DNA from: Candidatus Dormibacteria bacterium
GTDB taxonomy: Bacteria > Chloroflexota > Dormibacteria > Aeolococcales > Bog-877
Direction of reading: 5' to 3'
DNA length: 64,000 nucleotides
Assembly (NCBI GenBank): GCA_050734135.1
Contig: JBOHUG010000039.1
Coordinates: 4,134-68,133, forward strand
The notes beneath the pieces are model-generated. The model saw only the letters and a list, made by a program, of their open reading frames with translations, did no database searches and was not told the origin of the DNA. Position 1 is the first letter of the stretch; each line of letters opens with the position of its first letter. This document shows, in pieces, positions 46,825 to 56,582 of this stretch. A program made the position numbers and the translations under genes.

Positions 46825-49104
46825 TTGTTCTGGCGTCTGGGCGGCTTCGCGTATCGCTTTCGCAAATTCATCCTCCCCGGGGCTGTTGCCCTGACCGTGG
46901 TCATGGTGGGACTCTCCGGGCCGTTCGGAGGTCAATTCACCTCCGGAGGCTTCGCGGTGCCCGGTTCGCAGAGCCAGAACGCCAGCAACCTGCTCTCCCG
47001 CTACTTTGGCAATGCCACAACCCAGCTTCTGCTGACATTCCACAGCCCTCGAGCGAACGCCAGCTCGCCCGCGGTGCAGGCCAAGGTCAACGCATCCTTC
47101 CGCCGGCTGGCTCGCCGGCCGGTCACCGGGAGCGTGCTCGACTACACCAGCACGCGCGAGAAGATCTTCATCGGCGACCACGGGCACGACACATTTGCCG
47201 TGATCAACCTCAAATTGAGCGAGTCCGCTGCCACCGGCGAGTTAACCCACCTGACGTCTTTTCTTGATCGGCCCTCCGGGCTGAAGATGTTCATCAGCGG
47301 CTCGGCTCCGATTGACGCGCTCTACAACACCGCCTTGGAGAAGCAGCTCCAGCACGCCGAATTGATCGCGCTGCCACTCTCGTTGATCCTGCTCTTCCTG
47401 GTCTTTGGGTCGGTGATGGCGGCGTTGCTTCCGCTGATGATCGCCGGACTTGCCGTTCCCACCTCGCTGGCGGTCATCCGGATCCTGGCGGCCCACTTTG
47501 GGATGTCGATCTTTGTGACCAATGTGGCGACCATCATTGGCCTGGGGCTGGCCATCGACTACTCGTTATTTTTCGTCAAGCGCTTTCGCGAGGAGATCCC
47601 CACCCACGATTCGGCTGAAGCGGTCCGAATTGCCACCGCCAGTGCCGGCAAGGCGGTGGCGGTCTCCGGGACGGCAGTCGCGATCGGACTGTTTTCGCTG
47701 ATGCTCTTCCCGGCTTCCGCCCTGGGCAGCATGGGCGTGGGCGGTGTTCTGGTGGTGGCCCTCACCCTCCTCTTCGCCCTCACCGCGTTGCCGGCGCTGC
47801 TGGGGCAGCTGGGACCGCGGGTCAATGCCCTCACCCTGCGCCCCAGCCTGCGGGGATCACACCTCCGCCCAGCCAGGACCTCCACCTTCTGGGGCTGGGT
47901 GGCGCGGGCAGTGATGCGTCGGCCGGTCCTGATCGCCGTGCCCACGGTGGCACTCCTGCTCCTGGTGGGTACACCTTTTCTCCACCTCCGACTCTCCACC
48001 GGGAGCGACGTAGCCAATATCCCACCCGGCGAGGCGCGGACCGGCTACGCGCTACTCAACGACGACTTTCCCCAGGCGGGAGGGGTAGACGATCTCAACC
48101 TGGTACTGAAATACAACTCCAATCTCGCAGACCGGATGACGTTGGGGGAGCAGTACCAGCTGGCCAGCTTTCTCCGCCGGCTTCGCGCCATCCCCGGAGT
48201 GCAGGGGGTAACCGGTGCCCTGACCCCGCCCCCCGGGCTCGCCCGGGCGACCTATCTGCGGCAGCTCGCCCGTCCGCCTTCCCAACGCAAAGCGATCCTC
48301 AACTCATACATTGCCGGCAACCTGGCAGGACCGGTCGCCCAGTTCGAGGTATCCAACAATTACTCACCTGACTCCAATCAGGCTGCCACCTTGGTCCACC
48401 GCCTGCGGGGACTTTCAGGACCAGCCGGCACGGCGGCGCTGATCACCGGAGGCGCGGCCTTGTCGGTGGACTTCCTGCAGGCGTTCGGCGCGACCATTCC
48501 CTGGGCCGTGCTCTTGGTGGTGGTGGTGACGATGGTGGTGCTCTTCCTCACATTTGGCTCGGTTCTGCTGCCCCTCAAGGCGGTGCTGATGAGTTTGATC
48601 TCGATCTCGGCCGCATTCGGGGCGATGGTCTGGGTCTTTCAGGACGGACATCTCGCCAACGTCCTCAACTTCACGCCGGCCGGCAACATCACTGCCACCA
48701 CTCCGGTTCTGATGTTCGCGATCCTCTTCGGCCTCTCCATGGACTACGAGGTGTTTCTGCTGTCCCGAATCCGGGAGCGCTACTGCCAAGTCGGCGATAA
48801 CCGCGATGCCGTCGCCCACGGCCTAACCGTCACGGGCGGGGTGATCACCTCGGCAGCTCTGATCATGATCACCGTCTTCAGTTCGTTCGCAGCCGGCGAC
48901 GTGCTTGAGATTCAGACCCTGGGGGTGGGCATGGCAGTAGCGGTCGCAGTAGACGCCACCTTGGTTAGGGGGATCATGGTCCCCGCCTTGATGCGACTGC
49001 TGGGCCGGGCCAATTGGTGGGCGCCCTCAGCTTTGCAGGCCTGGATCGCCAAGCTGGGACTGTACGAGCGGGAGCGCATTCCTGAGGCGCCAGTCCCGGC
49101 CTGA
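46825..49104 (+). CDS. MMPL-family RND-type membrane transporter
   Basis: 759 aa, two 6-TM bundles with MMPL-domain features. Confidence 0.85.
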   Translation: MFWRLGGFAYRFRKFILPGAVALTVVMVGLSGPFGGQFTSGGFAVPGSQSQNASNLLSRYFGNATTQLLLTFHSPRANASSPAVQAKVNASFRRLARRPVTGSVLDYTSTREKIFIGDHGHDTFAVINLKLSESAATGELTHLTSFLDRPSGLKMFISGSAPIDALYNTALEKQLQHAELIALPLSLILLFLVFGSVMAALLPLMIAGLAVPTSLAVIRILAAHFGMSIFVTNVATIIGLGLAIDYSLFFVKRFREEIPTHDSAEAVRIATASAGKAVAVSGTAVAIGLFSLMLFPASALGSMGVGGVLVVALTLLFALTALPALLGQLGPRVNALTLRPSLRGSHLRPARTSTFWGWVARAVMRRPVLIAVPTVALLLLVGTPFLHLRLSTGSDVANIPPGEARTGYALLNDDFPQAGGVDDLNLVLKYNSNLADRMTLGEQYQLASFLRRLRAIPGVQGVTGALTPPPGLARATYLRQLARPPSQRKAILNSYIAGNLAGPVAQFEVSNNYSPDSNQAATLVHRLRGLSGPAGTAALITGGAALSVDFLQAFGATIPWAVLLVVVVTMVVLFLTFGSVLLPLKAVLMSLISISAAFGAMVWVFQDGHLANVLNFTPAGNITATTPVLMFAILFGLSMDYEVFLLSRIRERYCQVGDNRDAVAHGLTVTGGVITSAALIMITVFSSFAAGDVLEIQTLGVGMAVAVAVDATLVRGIMVPALMRLLGRANWWAPSALQAWIAKLGLYERERIPEAPVPA

Positions 49105-49142
49105 TTCGAAGCGGCACCGACCACCCACCCCCACTGGGAGCT

Positions 49143-49496
49143 GTGGGCGCGGATAATCCCCCCATGATCTCGGCATCGCCGGAGACGACAGAACGGCGCT
49201 CCATCCTGCGCCGCCTCGACGACCTGCTGGAAGCGTTGGAGCAGTTAAACCTGCACGAGAGCTCTCATCTCACCGAACGGCTCCGGCAGTCTCTGGGGGC
49301 TCACGGGATCCCCTTCGACGATGGTGCCGAGATCAGGGTGATCATCGAGCGGGTCTGGCGCAAGCAGGAGGGTCACATGGCGACGGCCCGCCAGGATCGG
49401 CGCAAGACTCCCTCCCGCCGGAGCTCGGCGCATCGCCCGCCGGGCCACGACGTGATCGAAAGCATCATCAGGCAGTCGCATCAGGGCCCTGACTGA
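49143..49496 (+). CDS. hypothetical protein
   Basis: GC3-biased ORF, no family recognised. Confidence 0.35.
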   Translation: MGADNPPMISASPETTERRSILRRLDDLLEALEQLNLHESSHLTERLRQSLGAHGIPFDDGAEIRVIIERVWRKQEGHMATARQDRRKTPSRRSSAHRPPGHDVIESIIRQSHQGPD

Positions 49497-49558
49497 GCCA
49501 CGGCGGCGGCCCGGGCGACGCGGAGCGGCTGACTGCTGACGTCCCCAGTCTGGCAACC

Positions 49559-49843
49559 GTGGAGGCGCGTCTGGAAGAACTATTGCTGGAGCGGTCGCGC
49601 CGGTATTGGCACTGTGTCTCGTGGGGTCTGGCTGCGTTGGGGCTGCTCGTGCCGACATTGCTGGGGGCGGTCGCTGTCGCCGGAAGCCAAGAGCCGGAGG
49701 CCGCCATCATCGTCGTGGTTGGCTGCGCGGCCGCCTTGCTGGCGTTGTGTCGCGCCTGGCTCTTGCTGTTCCGGCTTCTACCGCTCAACCGAGAGCGGGC
49801 ACGGCTGCGCTTGGACCAGCAAAGGCTTAGCCCACCTGGCTGA
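49559..49843 (+). CDS. hypothetical small membrane protein
   Basis: Two hydrophobic segments. Weak call. Confidence 0.3.
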   Translation: MEARLEELLLERSRRYWHCVSWGLAALGLLVPTLLGAVAVAGSQEPEAAIIVVVGCAAALLALCRAWLLLFRLLPLNRERARLRLDQQRLSPPG

Positions 49844-49963
49844 GGGCTGGCGAGGTTGGCGACTCCCCCGCCGCAGCCAGAGCGGTTTCGCTGATCAGTG
49901 GCGATGTCCCGAGCAGTCCGGCTCCCAACCCGGGGGAGCGTGGCGTTCACTTAAAATCGAGCC

Positions 49964-50635
49964 ATGATTAATTCTGCAGTCGCTCCACTCTTTCCGCACC
50001 GATTGGCGGCGATCATCCGCTGGCACGACCACGACCAGGCCGCGGAAGCGGCCCTGGTGGCTGCTCGGGCCGGGGTCGGATCGGTAGAGGTCACCGCCGG
50101 AACTCCGGGAGCATTCGAACTGATCGCGAAGCTGCGATCGCGCTCAGACCTCGGCCAAAGTTGCGCGTTCGGTGCCGGCACCGTCGTCGATGTCGAGACT
50201 GCCTCCCGGGCGGTCGACGCGGGGGCACAGTATCTAGTGACGCCCTACCTGGTTCCTGCCGTCGCGGAGATCGCGAGCAATGCCGGGTTGCCGCTGGTGA
50301 TGGGGGCTTTGACTCCGACCGAAATCGTTCGAGCTGAGGAACTCGGCGCGCAGCTCGTCAAGGTGTTCCCGGCATCCCCGGTTGGCGGACCCGCCTACAT
50401 CCGGGCCCTGCGCGGCCCGATGCCTCACACCCCGATCTGGGTCAGCGGCGGGGTGCGGATCGATGACTCCGCAGAGTACCTGCGAGCGGGTGCTGACGTG
50501 GTGGGACTCACCAACGACCTGTTCCGCCCCGAGCTCTTGCTGGCGGAGGACTGGGCCGGTCTGAGCAGCCTCTGCGAGCGAGCGCTGGCCGCTGTCGGCG
50601 CGGCGACCCCTTCGCGACCGACCGCCGCCGTGTGA
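49964..50635 (+). CDS. eda: KHG/KDPG aldolase
   Basis: 223 aa with Schiff-base lysine context LVKVFPAS and an aldolase TIM-barrel fold. Confidence 0.8.
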   Translation: MINSAVAPLFPHRLAAIIRWHDHDQAAEAALVAARAGVGSVEVTAGTPGAFELIAKLRSRSDLGQSCAFGAGTVVDVETASRAVDAGAQYLVTPYLVPAVAEIASNAGLPLVMGALTPTEIVRAEELGAQLVKVFPASPVGGPAYIRALRGPMPHTPIWVSGGVRIDDSAEYLRAGADVVGLTNDLFRPELLLAEDWAGLSSLCERALAAVGAATPSRPTAAV

Positions 50636-51846
50636 CAAGCCCGCTCCGGGTGGTGATCGTCGGCCTGGGAGCCATGGGCTCGGCAGCTGCATTCCATCTG
50701 GCCCGGCGCGGGAATCAAGTTATCGGCTTGGAAGCGTTCGGTCCCGGCCACGACCGCGGATCCTCCCACGGCGAATCGAGGATCATTCGGCAGGCATACT
50801 TCGAGGGTCCCGGGTATGTCCCGCTGGTGCTTCGCGCCTACCAGCTCTGGCGGGAGCTGGAGGTCCTCTCAAACCAGCACCTGCTCGAGGTCACGGCTGG
50901 GGTCATGATCGGATCCCCCTCGAGCGATCTCGTGGCGGGTTCGCTGGGGAGCGCCGAGAAGTGGGAGATTCCCCATCTCCTCCTGACGGCCGCCGAGGTG
51001 CACCGGAAGTTCCCAGCCCTTCATCCCCTCCCCCAACAGGTGGGGTTGGTGGAACCGGAAGCGGGAGTCGTGGCACCGGAATTGGCGGTGCTGGCGCATC
51101 TTCGCCAAGCCGCCGACCGAGGCGCGGAGCTCCACTTTGGCGAGCGGGTACTTGAGTGGGAAGCCTCGGGGTCGGGAGTGACCGTTCGCACCAGTTCCCG
51201 CGGCTACCAGGGGGATCGGCTGCTGCTGACGGCCGGTGCCTGGAGCGCAGACCTTTGGGAACTCCCGGCGCTGGAACTGCAGGTCGAGCGCCAGGTCATG
51301 GGCTGGTTCGAACCCGCGGATATCGGCCCTTTCACCGCGCCGCTCCTGCCGATCTACATGCTCGAGAGCGATCAGGGAGCCCAGTACTACGGACTTCCCA
51401 GCCGGGACGGCCGGACCGCCAAGGCAGCCCGCCACTACGGCGGCGAGAACGCCACCGCCGAAGCCGTCCGGCGGGAGATCACCGACTCTGATATCGAAGC
51501 CGTCCGGCATGGGCTGGGCGATACCGTGCCGCTGCTCGCCCAGGCTCCCCTGGCTCGGGCCGCCACCTGCATGTACACGAACAGTCCCGACAAGCACTTT
51601 GTCATCGGGAGCCATCCCAACTCGCCGCTGGTCTCTCTGGCGGGCGGGTTCTCGGGCCACGGCTTCAAGTTCTCGCCGGTGATTGGTGAGGTGCTGGCTG
51701 ACCTGGCCGAGTCTGGCGAAAGCGCTCTTCCTGTTGGGGAGTTCGATCCCAACCGGTTCCTGGCTCACCAGAGAGGGGGAAAGGGAACCTCCGGATCCGG
51801 ACGGATCCCGACGCCGAGCGCCGACATCACCTCGCCGATCAGGTAG
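50632..51846 (+). CDS. monomeric sarcosine oxidase / N-methyl-L-tryptophan oxidase family FAD oxidoreductase
   Basis: GxGxxG VVIVGLGAMGSAAA and MSOX/MTOX signature GSSHGESRIIRQAY. Has a ~25-aa C-terminal extension that overlaps convergent folC. Confidence 0.8.
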   Translation: MTSPLRVVIVGLGAMGSAAAFHLARRGNQVIGLEAFGPGHDRGSSHGESRIIRQAYFEGPGYVPLVLRAYQLWRELEVLSNQHLLEVTAGVMIGSPSSDLVAGSLGSAEKWEIPHLLLTAAEVHRKFPALHPLPQQVGLVEPEAGVVAPELAVLAHLRQAADRGAELHFGERVLEWEASGSGVTVRTSSRGYQGDRLLLTAGAWSADLWELPALELQVERQVMGWFEPADIGPFTAPLLPIYMLESDQGAQYYGLPSRDGRTAKAARHYGGENATAEAVRREITDSDIEAVRHGLGDTVPLLAQAPLARAATCMYTNSPDKHFVIGSHPNSPLVSLAGGFSGHGFKFSPVIGEVLADLAESGESALPVGEFDPNRFLAHQRGGKGTSGSGRIPTPSADITSPIR

Positions 51847-53108
51847 ATCGAGCCGAGCGCGACCACCAGGCCTTCCCGGCCAGCTAGCGAACGGGCCCGA
51901 CCCAGAGCTTGAGCAACCGGCTCTGATACCTCCGACGGGTCGGTCCAGACTGCAACCAGTTCGGACGTCGAGGCGGCTCGGGCGGAGTTGACCCTGGTGA
52001 ACACCGCTGATCGGAAACCCACTCCAGCTAGCAGTCCGAGCATCCCCCGATAGTCGTGGTCTTCCATGGCGCCGAAGAGCAGAACGCCGGGTCGTCCAGC
52101 CAGTCGTCGGCGAATCTCCGGCAGCGCGGCGTCGATCGCGGCCGGATTGTGGGCCGCGTCGATCAGTACTGGAGGATCCGAGCTCAGGGTCTCCAGCCGA
52201 CCGGGCCAGTTGCCCTCGGCGAGCCCGGTGCGTACGGCCCCTTCCAGCACGGGGAACCCCAACTCGGTCAAGCAGTCCGCAATGGCGACCGCCAGCGCCG
52301 CGTTCTCGATTTGGAAGGCGCCGGCCAGGTTGAGTTGGAGCCCCCGGTGGACACGGGTCGGAGTGCTGACCGTGAACTGAGACCTCTCATCTGCCGGGGC
52401 ACCTAGCGTGATCTCCCGGCCGAGCTGCCAGATTCGAGCGTCGGCAGCGGAAGCCGCCGACTCCACCGCCGGCCGCGCCGCGCCGCGCGCTCCCGAGACG
52501 ACGAGGTTGCCAGCCTTGATGATCGCCGCCTTCTCAGCCGCGATCTCCGGCACCGTGTCCCCGAGCTGCGCCTGATGATCCAGGCCGACCGAGGTCACAA
52601 CCGCGATCCCGCCGTCCCAGACGTTGGTGGCGTCCAGCCGGCCCCCCAGCCCCACCTCGCAGACCACGAGCTCGACCCGCCAGCGGCGGGCGGCCAGGAA
52701 GCCCATCGCGGTGAGCAGTTCGTGGTGGGTGGGCCGACCGTCCCCGACAGCCATTCGGTCTGCGCTGTCGCTCACCAGGTCGGCGATCTCCACGAATGTG
52801 GTCTCGTCGATAGGCTCCCCGTTCAGGCGGATCCTCTCGCGATAGCTGGTGAGGTGCGGTTTGGTCAGCAGCGCGACCCGGATCCCGGCCTGCTTTGCGA
52901 TCTCGGCGACGAGTGCGCATACCGACCCCTTGCCGTTGGTACCGGCGACCAGCACCCCCGGCAAGCCGAGCTCCGGGTTCCCCAGCAGCCCCAGCAGCTG
53001 ACTGGTCGAGCCAAGCCCGAGCCGCATCCCCGGCGAGCTCGCTCCGACCAGACGGATGAGGGCGGCCCGATAAGCGCTCGACTCGCCGTTCGAGGCCCTG
53101 GAGCTCAC
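51765..53108 (-). CDS. folC: bifunctional folylpolyglutamate synthase / dihydrofolate synthase
   Basis: Mur-ligase-family P-loop VAGTNGKGS and FolC fold. 447 aa. Confidence 0.85.
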   Translation of the reverse strand: MSSRASNGESSAYRAALIRLVGASSPGMRLGLGSTSQLLGLLGNPELGLPGVLVAGTNGKGSVCALVAEIAKQAGIRVALLTKPHLTSYRERIRLNGEPIDETTFVEIADLVSDSADRMAVGDGRPTHHELLTAMGFLAARRWRVELVVCEVGLGGRLDATNVWDGGIAVVTSVGLDHQAQLGDTVPEIAAEKAAIIKAGNLVVSGARGAARPAVESAASAADARIWQLGREITLGAPADERSQFTVSTPTRVHRGLQLNLAGAFQIENAALAVAIADCLTELGFPVLEGAVRTGLAEGNWPGRLETLSSDPPVLIDAAHNPAAIDAALPEIRRRLAGRPGVLLFGAMEDHDYRGMLGLLAGVGFRSAVFTRVNSARAASTSELVAVWTDPSEVSEPVAQALGRARSLAGREGLVVALGSIYLIGEVMSALGVGIRPDPEVPFPPLW

Positions 53109-53244
53109 GAGCCCTCACCATTGGCCCAGGCTGTCGCCGGAGCTGGAGCTGCAGACCCCCCGCGGCAGCCCGGCCGCGGTCCGCCAACCCCCCTCGTCAC
53201 GTCCGCGAAGTTGCCGGAAACCGCACTCATGGCATTCTGCACGG

Positions 53245-54264
53245 GTGAAAGTCCCACGGTGGGGTGCCTTGCTCCTGGCTGCACTCGCGCTGGTCGTGCT
53301 GGCCGGCTGTGCTGGCGTCCCTCCCCATCCGGTCGTCTCGCTTTCGGCCAGCCCAACTTCCACCCTACCGGGGCTGCTGGGGCTAGGCGGAGAGACCAGC
53401 AGTCCGCTGCTGGTTGCCGGTCCGTACACGGTGGGCGGGAACCTGAGCTCGGGTTCACGGCGCTTGCGCGCCGCTCCCGTGCCGAACACCGCCGCCGCCG
53501 CGGTCACCGCTCTGGCGCAGGATCTCGGAGTACCTGGTCCTCCTATCAGGACCGCTAGCGGACTCGGCTACAACCTGGGCTCGACCAGCGGCTATCAGCT
53601 GACCACGGACCCCACCCTCTCCACCTTCAACTTTCATCCCAACACCCCGACCGATGAGGTCGGGGCCACCCCCACTCTCGCTGGCGCCGACCAGTTTGCG
53701 GAGAACTTTCTCAGCGCTGCCCACGTACCGGCTGGCGGCGGGCTGATCCCCCTTCCCCAGCTCACCTTCACCGCGGCCTCCGACCGAACCGTCTACTTTC
53801 AGTGGTCGTTGGAAGGGCTCCCGGTGGTCAACATTCTTGGCCAGCCACAAGAGATCTACGTGAATGTCGCCACCGACCAGCATCAGGTGACGCAATTGGT
53901 TGGGATCACCGGCGCAGTCCCCTATGGAGTGATCGGCAGCCCGGTCAGTTACCCGACGATGCCGCCGTTTCGGGTGGTGCAGTACCTCAACTCCGGGGTC
54001 ATCAATCCCAGTGCCTATCTCCTGTCTCCCAGCGGGAAACCGTTCCCCACGCCCGCGCCGGCTCCCGCGAGCCAGGTCCGCCTCAGCACCGTTTCGCGGG
54101 CAATCGTCGACAGCTTCGGGACCGCCGTCCCGGTCTACGTGTTCGGGGTGGACGGCGACATCAACGCGACCCAGTTCGTGACCTGCGCCGTACCCCCAGC
54201 CGGCTGTGTACCCGTGCGATTCAGCACCGCGAATCCGTCGCCGAGCCCTTCGGCAAGCGGCTGA
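53245..54264 (+). CDS. putative lipoprotein, hypothetical
   Basis: Signal peptide with lipobox LAGC. No family recognised. Confidence 0.55.
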   Translation: MKVPRWGALLLAALALVVLAGCAGVPPHPVVSLSASPTSTLPGLLGLGGETSSPLLVAGPYTVGGNLSSGSRRLRAAPVPNTAAAAVTALAQDLGVPGPPIRTASGLGYNLGSTSGYQLTTDPTLSTFNFHPNTPTDEVGATPTLAGADQFAENFLSAAHVPAGGGLIPLPQLTFTAASDRTVYFQWSLEGLPVVNILGQPQEIYVNVATDQHQVTQLVGITGAVPYGVIGSPVSYPTMPPFRVVQYLNSGVINPSAYLLSPSGKPFPTPAPAPASQVRLSTVSRAIVDSFGTAVPVYVFGVDGDINATQFVTCAVPPAGCVPVRFSTANPSPSPSASG

Positions 54265-54285
54265 GGACACGATCCGTGAGCCGGA

Positions 54286-54837
54286 GTGGCTGACCCGTAT
54301 CTCGACGGAAGCTGCGTCTGGTGGCACCTCTCTGAAGGCTCTCCCGAGCTGCAGGGCGCCCTGGCCGACGGCTGGCTCCCCGCCTCCGGCCGTGCCCTGG
54401 ATGTTGGCTGCGGCCTCGGCAGCGAGGCTGGTTGGCTCGCCGGTCGAGGCTATTCCGTCGTCGGTATCGACCTTTCCGAGACAGCTTGCGTGCAGGCGCA
54501 ACATCGGTTTCCCGGGGCTCTTTTTTTCCCCGCCGACATGCGCCGGTTGCCGTTTCTCGACCAGACATTTGAAGTCGCGCTCGACCGGGGATGCTTCCAT
54601 TATCTTGCCGCCACTGATCGTTTCCGGTACGAGCGTGAACTGAGTCGGGTGCTAAAGCCGGGCGGCCGGCTCCTCCTGCGGGCGAGCCTGCGCTCCGCTG
54701 GTCTACGCAACGACATCTCCGAAGGGGTCATTCGCTCCACCTTCTCTGGGTGGACGATTCGAAGCCTAGATGAGCGTCAGGTGCCGAGCGACACGAGAAT
54801 GCTCGATGTCCTGGTCGTCCGTCTCGAGAGACGCTGA
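54286..54837 (+). CDS. class I SAM-dependent methyltransferase
   Basis: Motif I LDVGCGLGSEAGWLA. Small single-domain MTase. Confidence 0.7.
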   Translation: MADPYLDGSCVWWHLSEGSPELQGALADGWLPASGRALDVGCGLGSEAGWLAGRGYSVVGIDLSETACVQAQHRFPGALFFPADMRRLPFLDQTFEVALDRGCFHYLAATDRFRYERELSRVLKPGGRLLLRASLRSAGLRNDISEGVIRSTFSGWTIRSLDERQVPSDTRMLDVLVVRLERR

Positions 54838-54846
54838 GCGGAAGAA

Positions 54847-56268
54847 TCAGCCGACCGGTACCAGCTCCTTGAGCGCCGCCACCAGGTGAGTCACGGAGTC
54901 GCGAGCGTCGCCGAACAACATCAGCGTTTTCGGGTTGTAGTAGAGCTCGTTCTCAATGCCAGCAAACCCAGGGTTCATGCTCCGTTTCAGCACCACCACA
55001 TTGGTCGCCTGATCGACGTTGAGGATGGGCATTCCGTAGATGGGGCTCGAGGAATTGGTGCGCGCGGCAGGATTGGTGACATCGTTGGCACCGATCACCA
55101 CGGCCACATCGGTGCGGGCGAACTCGGGATTGATGTCGTCCATCTCGTAGAGCTGGGTATAGGGCACGTCCGCCTCGGCGAGCAGTACGTTCATGTGGCC
55201 AGGCATCCGGCCCGCCACCGGGTGAATCGCGTATTTCACCTGTACTCCACGCTTCTCCAGCTGAGTCGCCAACTCTCGGACGTCGTGTTGGGCCTTGGCG
55301 ACCGCCATCCCGTAGCCGGGCACGAAGATCACCTGGCGGGCGTATCCGAGCAGGATTGCCACGTCCTCCGCAGTGACACTGTGGACCGATTGGTCGACGG
55401 AGGCGGCGCTGTCGGCGCCGCCGCTCACCTGGCTGCCAAAAGCACTGAACAGGACATTGGCCAGGGACCGGTTCATGGCCCGGCTCATGAGCTGGGTGAG
55501 GATTGTGCCCGAAGCCCCGACCAGGGCGCCGGCGACGATCAGGACCTCGTTGTCGAGCACGAATCCGCTGATAGCGGCGGCCAGCCCGGTGAAGGAGTTG
55601 AGCAAGGAGATGATCACCGGCATGTCGGCGCCCCCGATCGGAAGGACGAAGGCTACTCCGAAGCACAGAGCAAGAACCTCGAAGAGCAAGAAGAGCCAAG
55701 GAGAGGCGTCGAAGGCGATCAACACCACCCCCAAGGCAACGATGAGCGCCAGCAGAAGTCCGTTGGCGACCCGCTGGTTGGGGAAGGTGATCGGGCTCCC
55801 GCGCATGACGCCTTGCAACTTGCAGAACGCGATCAGGCTGCCCGAGAAGCTGATCGACCCGATCAGGCAGCCCAGCATGATCGGGACCGAGTTGCCGGGA
55901 GCGATGGTGGAGGTGCCAGCCGACAGGTGCGCGGTTCGACGGACGAACTCATCGGCGCCGATCAGGGCCGCCGCGCCGCCGCCCATGCCGTTGAAGAGCG
56001 CCACCATTTGAGGCATAGCCGTCATCCGGACGGCCCGGGCCGCCACGGCGCCGATACCGGCCCCGACCACCAGGGCGGGCAGGACAGCAACCCAGGGCAG
56101 TGCCCCCAACCCGATGAAGGTCACCACCAACGCCACCAGCATGCCCACGGCCGCTAGCCGGTTGCCGTTGCGGGCGGTCGCGGGGGAGCCCAGGAGCCGA
56201 ATCCCGAATACAAAAAGCACCACCGTCACCAGGTACCCGAGAGCGACCAACTGCGGGTAGTGGATCAC
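54847..56268 (-). CDS. pntB: NAD(P) transhydrogenase subunit beta
   Basis: 473 aa with N-terminal TM domain and C-terminal NADP(H)-binding dIII domain. Confidence 0.9.
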   Translation of the reverse strand: MIHYPQLVALGYLVTVVLFVFGIRLLGSPATARNGNRLAAVGMLVALVVTFIGLGALPWVAVLPALVVGAGIGAVAARAVRMTAMPQMVALFNGMGGGAAALIGADEFVRRTAHLSAGTSTIAPGNSVPIMLGCLIGSISFSGSLIAFCKLQGVMRGSPITFPNQRVANGLLLALIVALGVVLIAFDASPWLFLLFEVLALCFGVAFVLPIGGADMPVIISLLNSFTGLAAAISGFVLDNEVLIVAGALVGASGTILTQLMSRAMNRSLANVLFSAFGSQVSGGADSAASVDQSVHSVTAEDVAILLGYARQVIFVPGYGMAVAKAQHDVRELATQLEKRGVQVKYAIHPVAGRMPGHMNVLLAEADVPYTQLYEMDDINPEFARTDVAVVIGANDVTNPAARTNSSSPIYGMPILNVDQATNVVVLKRSMNPGFAGIENELYYNPKTLMLFGDARDSVTHLVAALKELVPVG

Positions 56269-56582
56269 TTGGGGGTCGGCCGCTCGGGCTCCGGTCGCCG
56301 CTTGAACATCTGGAGCATCCGGTCGGTGACCACGAAACCTCCCACCACATTTATGGTCCCCAGCAGCACCGCCAGGAAGGCGATCACCGTGCCCAGGGTG
56401 CCGTGCGCGCCGGCCGCGATCGCCAGCGCGCCCACCAGCACGATTCCGTGAATGGCATTGGTGCCGGACATCAGCGGGGTGTGCAGCGTGGCTGGGACCT
56501 TCGAGATCAGGTCGAAGCCGATGAAGATCGCCAGAACGAAGATGAAGACCCCGATCAGGAGGGTGCCGCCAAAGACGTTCAC
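56265..56582 (-). CDS. pntAB: NAD(P) transhydrogenase subunit alpha part 2 (membrane)
   Basis: 105-aa hydrophobic protein. Overlaps pntB and pntAA by 4 nt each. Confidence 0.85.
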   Translation of the reverse strand: MNVFGGTLLIGVFIFVLAIFIGFDLISKVPATLHTPLMSGTNAIHGIVLVGALAIAAGAHGTLGTVIAFLAVLLGTINVVGGFVVTDRMLQMFKRRPEPERPTPK

